A DNA stretch of 54,770 nucleotides, filler included, from Basidioascus undulatus (lineage: Eukaryota), in the NCBI GenBank assembly GCA_000826855.1. It is 4 parts of 4 records of this genome, joined end to end, with 100 filler letters (N's around TTAATTAATTAA, not from the genome) between each part and the next. Parts side by side here need not be neighbours in the genome. Positions count along the whole stretch, not along the records: positions 1 to 13,633 come from JTLS01000798.1; 3 more parts are not named here. One strand, written 5' to 3'. The stretch's first letter is position 1; every line of letters starts with the position of its first letter. Made by a program: the position numbers and the translations under genes. The notes beneath the pieces are model-generated. The model saw nothing but the letters and a program-made list of their open reading frames with translations, was not told the DNA's origin and ran no database searches. Positions 1-12,811 of the stretch are shown here, piece by piece.

Positions 1-55
1 CCCCTATTCTCCCTCTTCCGCCTCCTCCATCTCACATCCCCCCATCCCACCGCAG

Positions 56-577
56 CGTCAATCCTCCGCCAGTGCGTTCCGTCCCCAGCGCCAGCGCCCG
101 CGCTAGTGAATGATGATCCCCGCCGGCGCGGCGCAGAGTTCGACCCCTCCGTCCCCAAGCCCCAGCCGTTCACGACCGACGACGCCGACTCCGGGCGGTT
201 CGTCCCATGGGCGCGACTCGAGTGCCGCGGGATCGAGTTTGTCGAGTTCGAGCCGGAGGTGCGTCTCCTCCCACCCCGCACCCCCCTCCCTCCCTTTTTC
301 CCTCTCTCATTCTCTCTCTCTCCCCTCCCTCACACCTTTTACTCCAGGGGGAATGGAAATGCAAAGGCGCCGAAACGAGCACGGTCTTCAGCGAGGACGT
401 CTCGCTCGATGGAGAGTGGACAGAGTACGACGAGAAGGTCCGTGGCTTCACCCACGGAACTATTGCACTCCCGTTTTAGCGAAGCGTGACTGATTGAGGG
501 TTGGGTTGGGGGTGCGGTAGGCCGGCGAGCCAGTCAGCATATCGGGGTTCGAGAGCAAGTGGGCGAGGGCGAAGTGA
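56..577 (+). CDS. DUF866/UPF0587 (CXXC zinc-binding, C1orf123-like) protein, 3' part; exons 56-71, 137-258, 348-437, 521-577
   Basis: Spliced translation RQSSAKFDPSVPKPQPF...WARLECRGIEFVEFEPE/GEWKCKGAETSTVFSEDVSLDGEWTEYDEK/AGEPVSISGFESKWARAK*. The ECRGxEF and EWxEYDEK motifs are typical of DUF866. GT-AG introns are phase-consistent. The 5' end lies outside the window. Confidence 0.9.
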
Positions 578-2569
578 GCGATGGGGAGGGATAGACGATG
601 TTGAGGGTGCCCAGGCGCGCTGTGTGCGTTGGGGCGCTGACAGCCCGCATGCTGGCTCACGGCCAACGGGATTTTCGTGCTCGATCGCCCGCTCGCTTGC
701 CCTTCACACACTGAGGCACTCGAGGGGTGACACGGCGCACGAGGGGCTCACTTGCTGACCCGATGCTGATGCCAACCAGTGGACCGCTCGCTCTCGCTGT
801 TCGATCGTCCGCGCAAATTCAACCGAATGCAGTCTTGTTTGGCCGAGCAGCTCAATCGCATCTCAGCACCTCATCCAACTCGATCGACTTTGACGCACCG
901 TCGCTCGACGGGCATGGAACGTGGAGGAAAGGGTAGGTGAAGGAGAAGCGATAGAGGTCCGCTCTTCACTCTTCACTCGCTGGCGTCGGCTCGTGCGGCA
1001 GCCCTTCGTCCCTTTCCAAGCTGGGATGGCACGCTGGGATGCACCGTGCCGCTGGGGATGTTCGTAGCTCGCAAGCCGCGTGGTAAGGGAGGGGCTCAAT
1101 TGCTGTGCAGCAACGCGATCCAATCATACTACCCTTCTGTCGCCGTGGCCGCGTCGACGCTTGGCGCAGGGTGCAGGGCGCAGGCTCTCAGAGCCACGCG
1201 CTTCCAAACGAAATCTCATTCGGCCCAGGCAGTGCATGAAGACCTCATATTCAACCCCTCTCCTGCATGTCCAACCCTCAACTCTCACTCAATTTCAACT
1301 ACCTACTCCCGAGGCCTCTCACTGTCGCTCCCAGACACAGAGCGCACGCTTGCGTCCAAGAGCAAAGAGGTTAAGTCGACGAGGGCGGCGAGAGTGGCTT
1401 CGTCGTACATGACGAGTGCGGGTGTTAGGCGCTTGAGTAGATGGGAAACTAGGACGACTCTTCCCGGTATGTGGTGGGAGGTTAAGAGGAGGGGGAAGAG
1501 TTGAAGTGGGGTAGGGGTTGAAATTTATGGAGTATTACTGGAATGAGCTCGCAGCAGGGACCCAGTCTGATACATATAAACCTCAATACAAGTGTAAACT
1601 TCAATACAAGAAGCTGCGGCCAGTTGGAGAGTTCTCTCATTGGCGTTGGAGAGTGTTTGTACAGACAAATCGTTCCAAGCAAGGCTGAAAGTCATGGGCA
1701 GCCCGCAGCGTCGCAGTACAGCGTCCTAGCACGCATTCCTGCACACCTGCGGCTTGCGAGTGTTATCCCTCCGTGTGCCGTCAGCGCTCTAAGTTTTTTA
1801 CGTCACGATAGGATCCCAAAGTTTTTCACAACACGGACTCTCCTCCCCCGCGGCACGCCGTCAAAGGGTGGGCAAACATGTCGCCGCCGCGCGGCAACAA
1901 GGCGCTAGTTCCCCCAACTTGCTTGGCTGGTCGCTTTCGCTTGAGGACGAGCACATTTTCCGCTTGTTTTAAAAGTCTAGCTGTGCTTGCGAAACAGGTA
2001 ACTTTTCACATGTTTACCGATGCGAACGTGCGAGTGTTTGTCAAAGCGAAGCGCAATGCAATGCCCGCTGGACCGGGAGACGTAGAGACTTGAGTGCATG
2101 ACCTCCTTCACAGCTTTCGGGACTGCGATTGCACCACGTCAAAATTTCTCTTCTAACCAGGCAGAACATCCCGCCTTTCAAACCGGCCAAGGGACCAAGC
2201 CAGCGTCTCGCAGGCGCTCGGGCCGCTCAGGCCGTCCTTTCACAACGCACAGCCCCTGTCGTGAGCGGCTTGGGCGCCTGCCTGTCGGCACGCGCAAGTA
2301 CAAAGCCTTGCTTTCAGGAGTATTAAGGCGTGCTTTTTATTGACAAGGCCCCGAGGGACGTGAGCCGCGCGCGCGAGGAAGCGAACGACCGAGCGACATC
2401 TCGGGCCTGATGCGGGAGCAGTTTGAACCTTGGAAACTTGGATACGATGATCCCCTTTCGCTCTACTCTGGCGCTGGTCGCCTTCCTTCACAACCGATCG
2501 CCTTCACCCACCTTTTCCTCTTACTACACCGTTCATTCGTTTATCTTCGCCACTTCACTCTTCTTCTCC

Positions 2570-2966
2570 ATGTCGTCCGACTCTTCGTGCGTCCCTTTTT
2601 GTTCCCACAGTCGGACCCCCGAAGCTGACGCTGTGTCGCCTCGGAAACAGTCCGCCCTATCCCTTCACGCGCTCCAACACTCCCCTCATAGCAGGCTCCA
2701 TCTCCGCCGTCGTCTGCGTGCTCCTCCTCGTAGGGATCGGCTTTTACCTCCGCTGGAGGTCCAAGCGCCGCGCGCAGGCGTGCGCAGCTGTCGCGCTCAG
2801 CCCGACACCCACGAGCAGCAGCGTCGGGAGCTCAGCGCCGTTGGCGCCGGGGTGGAATTGGGGCAAATGGAGGAGGCTTGCGAGTCACAGTGGGGGAAGT
2901 GAGGTAGATGTGGGGGAGAAGGTGGACGGCGGCGGCAGACGAGGAAGGGGAGATGGGGAGGTTTGA
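2570..2966 (+). CDS. Small single-pass membrane protein (~110 aa); exons 2570-2586, 2651-2966
   Basis: A GTGCGT...GCTGAC...CAG intron joins MSSDS to SPPYPFTRSNTPLIAGSISAVVCVLLLVGIGFYLRWRSKRR, a hydrophobic helix followed by a basic stop-transfer cluster. Confidence 0.5.
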
Positions 2967-5228
2967 GGACCCCGGCGACGTTTTCGAGCCTGTGAGTCGC
3001 CCAATCTTACCAGCCATGCCGTACAGCGGATTGGGAGGACTGACATCCAAGTCTTCGCAAATTTCGTGTTCCTTTGTTACCTTCCTTCAGCGACGTGGCC
3101 TTTCCAGCATTTCCGCCAGCTTGTGGGCGCGCAGAGGACACCGCACAGCAGCCCAGCGCCAACCTTGTGATCCACACACTTCCTATCCAGCACGCACTGT
3201 CCTTCACTCTCTGCTGTACTTCTACCTTTTGGGACACTCTGGTGCCACATTGACGATTCATGATACCTTGCGCTTTCGCGAAATGGGATGTGGCAGTCTC
3301 ACTGTAACGTTTACTCGACGACATGACAGCGGAAGCACGCGCATATAGGATTGTGATGGGTTTCCTCCGTTATGTTTGGCACAACCATCCGAATATACGG
3401 ACTACGGGTGCGAGATAAAGGGAGGGGCAGGAGGAGGGTTGGTGTCAGAGTGTAGGGAGCGCGCCGCGAGTACGCACGACTGCGAAAGGGAACATAGTCG
3501 ACAGACGACCTCGACAGGCAGAGAATGGGGCAAAGAGCTTTGGTATAAAACGTAGAAGGAAGGATCCTAGAGATGTTGGTAGTCAAAAGGCCCGAACAGC
3601 GTGAACAGCAGGCGCAACAGTGGGCAACAGGACGCGATGCGAAGGGGCGCTGACGGGAAGAGCTCGGCTATCACACTTCGTGCAGGTCAAAAATAAAGGG
3701 AAATGCAATTCTATATCAGCTCGGTAGTTGACAGATTCAGCAATCACAGCGCCCAGTGTCCCCTCGCCCCACAGCGTCCACCTCGCCACTCGCGGCGTAA
3801 GATCCCATCACTGCGCCCTTTCCCCCTGCCTTGCTCCCGTTTTCCGACCCTTTCTCTGGTCCCAAACCCTCCCACTCAATGAGCCCCCTAAAGTTCAAAG
3901 ATGAGCGCCGGCGTACCTCACCCCTCCTTCCCCGCCCGCTTCGCGCGCTCCTCCTCCCGCGCATTGGTCAGGCGCGCATAAAACTCCTCATCTAGCAGCG
4001 CGCACTCCTCCACACAGATCAGGCTCCACTCATCCTTCCTATGAAGTATGAGGAAATACACCGGACTTGTTCCTCTACATCCTCGTCCCCTGACTTCTCA
4101 GCTCGCGTCCCATCCCGCGGACGCGAACTGCTGGGCAGGGCATACCTGCTGCGCTGTCCCGCTCGCCACCCTGGGGAAGGCCTTGAATGCTGGGAGGAAG
4201 GTTATGAAGAATACGTCGTTGAGGTGCGTTGTGGTTGTGTTTGGTGAATTTGCATGGAGGGAGAGGGCAGGGGGAGCGAAAGGAAGGACGACGACGGGAT
4301 ACGGGTCCCGCTGTGGTTCGAATGTGCTCGGAGTCGTTGTGGATGGCATTTGAACACTAGAAAAGACATTAATTTAAGAAATAAGTTTTGTCTCCCAGAA
4401 TAGCATGCTGTGAAAGACCTGATCATTGCGCACTGCCTCTCGGTGGCCGCAATGGGCACGCTGCGGCAGCAGGTAAAAGTACCACGAGACGCGGCGCCAG
4501 CTGAACATGATCACTATATAACTACTAACTGTTGCATACTGTTTTGTGACAAACCTGGGTATGCAGTTCAGTCAGAAGTATGTCACAGGACGCAGCGCAC
4601 AACGAAAGAAGGCTGTCGAGAGCTTTGCCTGTAGCAACCAATAAGGGGCAAAGGAGCAAGTTTTAGGGCAGTTATTGGAGAATGCGAGGGACTTTCAGGT
4701 TTCTAAACGTCCAGATCAACTGTCTTCTGTATTTGGCTCAACATAATAGAGCACTCGCGTGGGGCATGGCGACTCGCAGTGTGCTACCTTCCAATTGTCC
4801 TTTCGATCTGCCTTCATCAGGGAACAAGAGAAGGGTAGATAGCTTTACGTCAAATATTGATGATTAGTAACTCACCTCGACACTCCTTCTGAGCTTTCAC
4901 GCAAAGGGCAAAGGTAAGCGCGAGGGCAGCCTCGTATGAGAAGGAGCGTAGTAAGCGTCGCAACCCGTTGTAAGATTCCTAATTCAAGTTTAACGTTCTA
5001 ATAAAAGTTTATTGGTACATTATCGTGGACCCTGAAACGGGCGGTATGCGAATCAAGGCGAGTGTGTCGCTCCAACTGGGCTGGCCGCGGAACGGTTAGT
5101 TATCGGATCGCCGAATCGGTGAGGGCGCGTATCGACCTTGCCCTCCTACGTTCACCATCCGCCAACGAGACCACCCCCTGTTCCCAGTATACTCATAGTT
5201 CCACTCTTGATCATCTGGTCTTGCCCGT

Positions 5229-6508
5229 ATGAACCGCCTACCGGCTGAGATCCTCGCCCTTATCTTTCGCCTTTCGTTGAGCTACGAGCTGCCGTGGTGG
5301 TACGGCGAGAGCAAGGAGCACCCCGCGACCCAGGCTGATGCTCGTATGCGGCCGATGGAAGGTGACTTGACCCATGCAACGCTGGCGGGAGATAAGAGTT
5401 GACACCAGCAACACGCAGAGCGTTGCTGAACTCCGACCGTACTCGCACATCGTGCTCGACGCCGCCGACGCACGACTTTCTCTCAGGACCTCATCCAGCG
5501 CTCCCGTCGCCTGGGCAAGCAGCTGGCCCTCGAGGATCGCGTCCTCAATTGTCGAAGTCCTCGTCCCAGCGTTTGCAGCTGCGGATGGAGACACGCAGTT
5601 TGTGGCACCTCTCTCACATCTCACTGGCCTCCGCTCCATCGACGCCAACAGCGCGGTGTCGTTCGGCCGCACCTTCTTGGCCGGTCTGGTCCTGAGCCAG
5701 TCTGCCGAGCAACTCCGGGAGCTGGCAATCTATACCGACGTTCCGCTCGATCTCCTTTTGCGTTGCTTGTTCAGGCTGGCCAAGCTTCAATTTCTCACGC
5801 TCGAACTCGAGGAGACAGCTCCGGAAAGCACTGCAACAGTCCTTGCTGATGGTCGTCACCTACCGCGCCTACGGTCCTTCAAAGTAATACACTATTCCCA
5901 ATTCTGCTTGGGCCAAGTACGCACGGAAGAGCTGGAAGAGCGCCTCCTCGAAACGCTCGGCCGCTCACCATGCCCGTGCTCGAGAAGCTCGTTCTGCACT
6001 TTCAACAGATGCCCATCCACGTCCTTCACAATGCCCTCAGCGGAATCGGCGCCTGATTCATGTGCCTAGAAGTTGTTCTACCCGAGAGTTCGCCGCCTGT
6101 TATCGTGGATCTCGCCCTCACATGCCCCGCCTTGAAGGTCTACGCTCCCCCGATCTGCACTGCGGTCTATGGCTCCGAGCTCGCCCATCCAAACATCACC
6201 ATTATCGAGCTTCTGAAGACTTCCACCTCAACTCCATGAATTATGTCGCGTTCGACCCGCTATTCTCGTTCTGTTCCGCCCTCTCAAAGGCCAAGCTGCC
6301 CGCGCTTCGGTCCATATGGCTGACGGAAAGCGCTTTCATTAACGAGAAAAAGAGTGGAAGCTTTTAACAGGTCCGCCTTGATCGAGGGCGAGAAGAAGGC
6401 CTCGAGATATGCTTTTATCTAGCCGCGGGTCTGGGCGGGATAGTTGTTGCGCTGGTCGACCGGGACGGCAGGCAGATAGATGCATATGGGGGGCCATTGA
6501 CTATATGA
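5229..6508 (+). pseudogene. F-box/LRR (RNI-like) protein, frameshifted
   Basis: MNRLPAEILALIF...WWY, then LMLVCGRWK in the +1 frame. LRR-like LRELAIY/LAKLQFLTLEL follow. A further shift occurs at ~6212 (LAHPNITIIEL/EDFHLN). C-terminus is LGGIVVALVDRDGRQ. Colinear with the paralog at 11516. Confidence 0.75.
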
Positions 6509-6893
6509 TGCTGCGAGCGCCGTCCTTCGCTTGCATGAATGACAACTTGAACTCATTGGAACAGCTGCCGGTGTCCCTGTAACTTTCAATCTGGTCGGGC
6601 TTGTTCACAGTTCGAAGAAAGTGCATCGACTCGCAGGTCCAGAACCAAGGGGAAGGAGACACTGCACTGAGACCACACATATTTACAGCGTTGTGCAGAA
6701 TCGTTGCATTTTCATAAGAAGGTCAACAATCTCGGCCCCGTTAGACAATACGCCGCACTTGTGCTGCGTCCTCACAAAAACAGAGCGCATCCGTCCACGC
6801 TGTTGGCGCTCGTCACCACGCAGCCAGCAATCCCAGTGCAAGCACACCATGCAAGCCTCAAGATGCGATGCGACAACAAATGCAAATGGTGCG

Positions 6894-9800
6894 TCAATGC
6901 GAATGCGAGTTGCTTCCAGTCCCCGCGTTCTCAGTCCCCGACCCAGACTCGACCTTCTCCCTCTCCTTCTCCCATCTGCCCCGCCGCTGCCTCAACCTCG
7001 TCGAAACCGTGGCCCCCTCGTCCAGCCCGCGCGACCTGACCCATCTCCACCTGACCTTGCCCCTCTTGAACCCAATCCACTTCCACTGCAGCCCGCCCAC
7101 CCCAACTTTTCCTTCCCAGCGCCACGTCACCTGGCGCGCGGGCCTGAGCGTCGACCTCATGCGAGGCGACCAGCACCGTTCCCACTCTGCAAACATGCGC
7201 CTATACGCGAGGGATCTGTCCAGCCGCTTCCCCCGCCGCTTCTCCACCCGCCCGCGCAGACCGCGGCGCCCGCGCTGCTCGACGAGGTCGCGCAGACGGC
7301 GCTCGGCAATGGAGTCGCGGTACTGACGCGCGGTATCGTGGTCCTGCGCGTGCGTGTAGAGCCGGAAGAGGAGCGCGCGAGCCGAGTCGGAGAGGGGCTC
7401 GGGGTACGGGTGTCGTTGGATGAAGCGGATCGCGATGCGCGACATTCCGCGCGCGAGAAAGCCGCGGACGATGGCGGTGAGGGTGTGAGGGGTGGGCGCC
7501 ATCCCCGCGCGGACGAGGCGCTCGACCACGTCCTCCGCGGCGTCGAGTCTGTCCGCGCGCGCGTATCCCACCGCGATGATCCCGTACATGACCGCGTTCG
7601 GCTCGACGCCGGCACGCCGCGCGTGGTCGAGCGTCGCGAACGCCATGACGAAGTCGCCGCGAGCCACGAAGCCCTCGACGAGCGCCGAGTATTGGTACTC
7701 GGTCGCCCGGAGGCCCTTCTCCGTCATGTCGCGCAGAAGTTCACGCGCGCGGTCGAGGTCGCCCTCAACCACAGCTACGTTCCGGATCTTGAGCGCCCAC
7801 CCCATGTGGTCGTCGTTCATCCCGCGCCGCTGAAGCGCGGTCATGATCCGCTCCAGGATGTCCTTCGGCGGGAGCACGTTCGCGCGTCGCGCCTTGCGCG
7901 GCATCCGTCGTTGGTGCTCCACCGTGTCCTCCAGCGCCTTGACGATGGTGTTGACGTGCCGCGTGTTGATGTGCACGCCGCCGTGCGAGAGTCGCACGAG
8001 CCGGACGAGGTGTCGCGCGAGGTCGGTCGGGTAAAGTCGCTCGGACTGCGCGAGGTGGCCGAGAATGTACTCGAGGGTCTTCTCGTCCGGTAGCAGCCTG
8101 GCGGAGCGCAGCAGCTGCAGCGCGTAGTTGATGCCGCTCAGACCAGGTAGTTCGTCGAGCAGCCCGCCGCGCAGGAGCGAGTTGACAGCGCGGGTCGAAA
8201 CGGGGAGCGTGCCCGCTCGTAACCGCAGGTACGCCTGCCACGCCTGGCCGGTGCGGACGTGCGCGCGCACGTACGCCGCGACCGCGCGCTCGTCCTGCGC
8301 CGCGTCGAAGCCGGCTCGCGCCATCTCGTTGAAGTAGAGCGTCGCTCGCGGGAAGTCGCGCTGGCGCGCGCAGATGCTGATGAGGGTGGTAAAGGTGGCA
8401 GGGTCGGGGCGAGGTCTGGCAGAGGCGGCGTGAGGAGGATGACACAGGTCGGACGGCACAGAAGTGGGGGTGGGTATCGAGGATGAGGGGAGTGCCGAGG
8501 AGAAGGGAAGGCGTGAAGAGGAGGACGCGGGATCGAATGATATAGGGGAGGGAGACGGATGTGCGGGTGACGAGGATGCGGAGGGCGGTAGTCGCGAATG
8601 AGATCGAGCGGGGGACGGCGGTGGGAGATGCGCGTGGTCGAAATAGTTGTGGTAGATCTTCAGCGCGCCCTCGACGTCGTCGGCGTCCAGCCGCAGCTGA
8701 ATCAACGCGTTAAGGACCCGAGGATTCGCGTTCAAGCCCAGCTGCGCCGTGTCCTGCAGCGCCCTGCGCTCCCTCTTCTCGTCGAATCCGAAGGCCCGAT
8801 ATCCGATGAGGATGTTCAGGTGTGTCTTGACGTCGTCGAACAGGCCCTGGACCCGCATCTGCGAGAGGTATGTCCGCGCACGGGCGAGGTTGCGATTGAG
8901 AAGATGACCGAGGATGAGGGTGTGGAAGGTGCGCTGGTTCGGCGCGAGGCCGTACGTCCTGAACTCGTGCGTGTCGAGCTGCGCAAAGCGTCCCTGCGCG
9001 ACGAGGCACTCGAGTCGGACGTTGAGCAGGAGGACGGACATGTCGCTCTTGCTCATGCCCGCGACGGCATATGCGAGCAGGAACGAGCGGTCCTTCTCCA
9101 TCGTCCGCGCTATGCGCTCTAGCGGACGGCGGGACAACGTGAGCCCCGCCTTTTCCGCTTCGCGGAGGAGCTGGAACGCCTCACCGTGCGCGCTCAAATG
9201 CGAGAAGGACTCGGCAAGCAGCTCGACTACGCTTGGTTCGCGCAGAGCATCGATTTGACGCGCGTGCTCTCGGAGCGTCCGTAGCCTCGAGAGGGCCGAA
9301 GGCGGGGGCACGGGGTCGCGGAGGAAGAGTTGGAGGACGTAGGAGACGGCGTAGAAGGGAAAGGACTCGGAGGTGACTGGAGCGTGTGCGGATAGCTCGG
9401 TGGTGATGTCGAGGAAGGAGCCCGAAAGCAGCGCTCGCGAGAGACTCTCGTGCGCTGCGACTAGGGAGAACGAGGACGGCGCGGGTGGAAGAGGAGGAGG
9501 GGGTGGGGCTGGAGGTGGTGACGGAGGATCAGTTGGCGCAGAGGCTGTTGAAGTCTGCTCTCCTTCGGGCGTCGCGTAAGGTGGAGGAGACTCTGTAGCC
9601 TCCGAGCTGTAGCGTCGAAGTTGAGAAGGCAGGGTACTCGGCGCGAAAGGTGGATGTGACCGAGAACTGGAGTAAAAGTACGGTCGGTGATGGGAAAGGG
9701 GTGCTGGGTGTAGAATGAGGTACCTGATGGAACGCTGGGACGTTCCTGGCGCTTTTCCAGAGCGAGAAGGAGGTTTATATCCGATTCCTGCAGGAAAGAT

Positions 9801-10130
9801 GGAAAAAGTGGTTCAGAGAATCGTCCAGGTGAGCTCTAGCACCCGAACAGCCCACGACGACTGCTGACAGCCGCCTCCCTCCAAAAATTTCCCCAACGTC
9901 TCCTTCGCACCGTCTGCCAACCGCCACCAGCCAACTGCAATGCCAAGATCGCGAGTCTCCTGTCTTCTGCACTCACCGAGCAGCTCCCACCCGTCCAGCC
10001 CTGCGCCCGGCTCTTCCTCCGCCTCATACGCCTCTCTCCGGCACAGCACCGCCGCCGCTGCTGTGGCAGAAGCCCTTCGCGGGGAACCCGCAAACGTGCG
10101 CGCTGCCTGACCGCGGGTCGAGGCGAGCAT
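6894..10130 (-). CDS. Mitochondrial pentatricopeptide-repeat (PPR) protein, ~1015 aa; exons 10130-9977 and 9787-6894
   Basis: Multiple PPR units (PNQRTFHTLILGH, PDPATFTTLISICA, EYQYSALVEGFV, PNAVMYGIIAVGYA, PTPHTLTAIVRGF). The frame stays open upstream of the tracked ORF to a CAG acceptor at 9788. A phase-1 GTGAGT donor at 9976 joins an Arg/Ala/Ser-rich presequence-like exon MLASTRGQAARTF. Confidence 0.85.
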
Positions 10131-11120
10131 CGGCCGGCAGGGAAGGCGGCGATCCGGGACGAGCTGGGGAGATGGATGTGGGTCAGGGCTGGTCTGTATT
10201 GTGGAACAATAACATACTCTCTACCAGTGAATCGCAACCTCACACCGGGAAATGTGCGAAAAAGAGGGTTAAAACAGCGCGAGGAGAAGGACGAAGGCAA
10301 GCGAGCAAGCGCCCTTCGCGGTCTTCTCTCCTCGAGCGCGGCAAATGGCCGAAGCGTTCCCGCTGCTTCGCGTGCCCGGTCGGACGACTGTATGAACTGC
10401 ACGACTTAGCTGCCGTTGCCTCTCACTGTTGAAGATTACTATACTGCTGAAATATATTCGGGATAGACAGCGGAGATCTGCAGTTTGCAAGTAAATGAAA
10501 TGTCTGACCAAGTACTATACATAAGTTTTAGTGGACCAACAATCAAAAAGCTTCCTTGGCGAAGTTGGTATCGCAGTGGTCTCATAGAAGTATGACTAGT
10601 CTCCGACTAGGCAATCCAAAGGTCGCCAGTTCGAGCCTGGCAGGGAGCATTTTTTTTCAATCATCTCTATTAGAGATGATAGGTCCGAAGGTCAAACTTG
10701 AACAAGCGAGCGAGATGCGAGTGGGCCACGTAAGGAGACCCGTGACCCGGGCAGCCACTAGGTATCGGCAGATATCCTCCAAAGGCGCAGGTTTCCACCG
10801 AAAGGTAACAGTTATCGGCAGCTTTACACTGTAAAGGTAGCGAAGTATGCTGGATCTGCATCGACAGAACTGCGCTCAACTTCACATCCCGCTCTGGGAG
10901 GCAGCCTTTTAGTGTGTCAGTTCACTATGATATCGATAGAGCTGTAGTGGTCACATGTCGAAACAGGTCACCACAGCTGGAGAGTCAAGTAGTTTAGTGC
11001 ATTGAGGGAATTTTAGTATTGACATTGATCCAAACGCCGCAGGGTTTGGCCGCAATGTGATGTCCCACTCACCACTACGTCTGATGATCTGAGGATTTCA
11101 CTTTCAAAGTGATGCCACAT

Positions 11121-11198
11121 GCTTGGGTGGGGTAGTGGTAACCTGGGTCGTTGCCATTCGAAATCGACCCGCCCCGTGTTCGATTCACGGTTCAAGCA
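11121..11198 (+). tRNA. tRNA-Gly(GCC) with 7-nt intron (11157-11163)
   Basis: Acceptor GCTTGGG/TTCAAGC+A; D arm GGGT-AGTGGTA-ACCT; anticodon stem GGTCG/CGACC with loop TT-GCC-A[TTCGAAA]T; T arm CCGTG-TTCGATT-CACGG; T-run (Pol III terminator) just downstream. Confidence 0.92.
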
Positions 11199-11515
11199 AT
11201 TCTTTTACTTCCCTTTCCGGCTGTACCAGCATTGACCCAGATTTAATTCCAGACTTTTTTTTGCTGCCTAGACTTATGGACCCTACCGCTGTACCAGGTT
11301 CTCGCAGCAAGGATATCTGGCTGTGCAGTCAAAGTATGCCTTGAGATTACCGAGAAAGTTTGAACCCGCAGTTTATCCGCGCTGCCTTCGGGCAATCCTC
11401 GTCACGCTTTTGGTTTGCCTTCTCACCCTCACCATCTCACGTCGTCTTGACCTCCTCACCGAGCAGCCCCAAAGTCGCCCAAGCCCACATGCCTTGCATC
11501 TCGAACACTCCAGCC

Positions 11516-12811
11516 ATGCACTTACTCCCTGACGAGATCCTTGACGAGATCTTTGGTCTTGTGGTCTGCGTCGATGGCTGGTGGTACCTCGAGGATGACG
11601 AGGACGAGTTTGAGCCGCTGGAGGCGATAAACCTCATGCTCGTGTGCCAACGTTGGGAGAGTTCATCTTCTATAAAAGACGTTGATTGCGGCCTGAACGT
11701 CCAGATACCGCTTGTCGATATCTACACGCTTGCTGCCCAGTTCCTGTACTACCACATCAAGCTCTATTCCGTGGACGCGGAGGCGTTCGCGAAGGACCTC
11801 GTTCATCGTCGTTCGGATCTCGGAACTCTGTGCAGGGAACTTACAGTAAACATCAAAGAACTTTCGGGCACCGATCACGGAACCTGATTCAAACGACGCC
11901 GAAGTGCTTACGCCGATCAACCTGCTCTCGAACCTTCGGAACGTCCGCGTTCTTCCTGATCCCCACGGATAGGTATCTCAGTAATCTCTAGGGACGATCT
12001 TTGTGGGGGGGCCTTGCGTTGAATCCCTCCGCTGAGCAGCTGCAACAGCTCGAGTTGCGCACGCATGCGCCTATCGACACGCTCTGCGCGTGTCTTTCTC
12101 GTTTGTCGGCACTCCAGGAACTCGCGATAACGCTTGCCAATTGCGACTTTGACGACGAACTTGATGATCGCAAGCCCCCGACCGCCTTGAGCCTGCTTCG
12201 CTTGCACCGTCTTCGTATTGACACATCCAGCGATTATGAGCTCCACCGACGGGACAAGTATATACTCAAGTGCATCGCAGCATCTCATCTCGCAGTCCTC
12301 CGGGAACTTGATCTGTTCCTTCGATACATCTCTACGGATGCCCTGCGCCAAGCTCTCGAAGCCGTGGGCACTCAAAGTCGTAATTCTGCGGCTTCCTTCG
12401 GACTGCTTCACTCCATCGTCTCTTCCAAACACAGGACCGCTCGACGACACATGCCCTATCCTCTCAGTATACGCTCCATACCGCCTCATCAGCGAATTCG
12501 GTGCAGTGCTCAGTCACCCAACTCTTACCACATTGGAGCTTCCTGATGATCTTCCACTGGACCAAGCCACCATGGTGCACGTCTTCGGCTTTCTCGCAGC
12601 CCTCTCCAGGACAGCATTGCCAGCCCTGCGTTTCGTTAAGTCCAACATCGTCTCATTCGCTTATCAGAGCGGCGGCATTGATTCTCTGCCCCATGCTCTC
12701 AACTCATCGGAAGCGAAACGGTTAGGCTATGCAATACAGATGGCCGTTCTGCTAGGGACAATCGGGGTTTCGCTAGTTGACAAGAGAGGGAAGGAGATGC
12801 GCATCAAGTAG
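11516..12811 (+). pseudogene. F-box/LRR protein, frameshifted paralog of 5229-6508
   Basis: MHLLPDEILDEIF...WWY...LMLVCQRW; GLALNPSAEQLQQLELRT; LSHPTLTTLELP; ALSRTALPALR; LGTIGVSLVDKRGK. Homology is split over three frames, with stops near 11887 and 11972 and a shift near 12370. Confidence 0.75.

Noticed and set aside
3917..4349. Minus-strand two-exon gene candidate (MPSTTTP... / ...YFLILHRKDEWSLICVEE...)
   Set aside because: A GTATGC intron is plausible, but the exon phases do not join and I recognise no family; at best a remnant.
6621..8093. 490-aa ORF antisense to the PPR gene
   Set aside because: Shadow ORF expected from high GC3 codon usage; no recognisable motifs.
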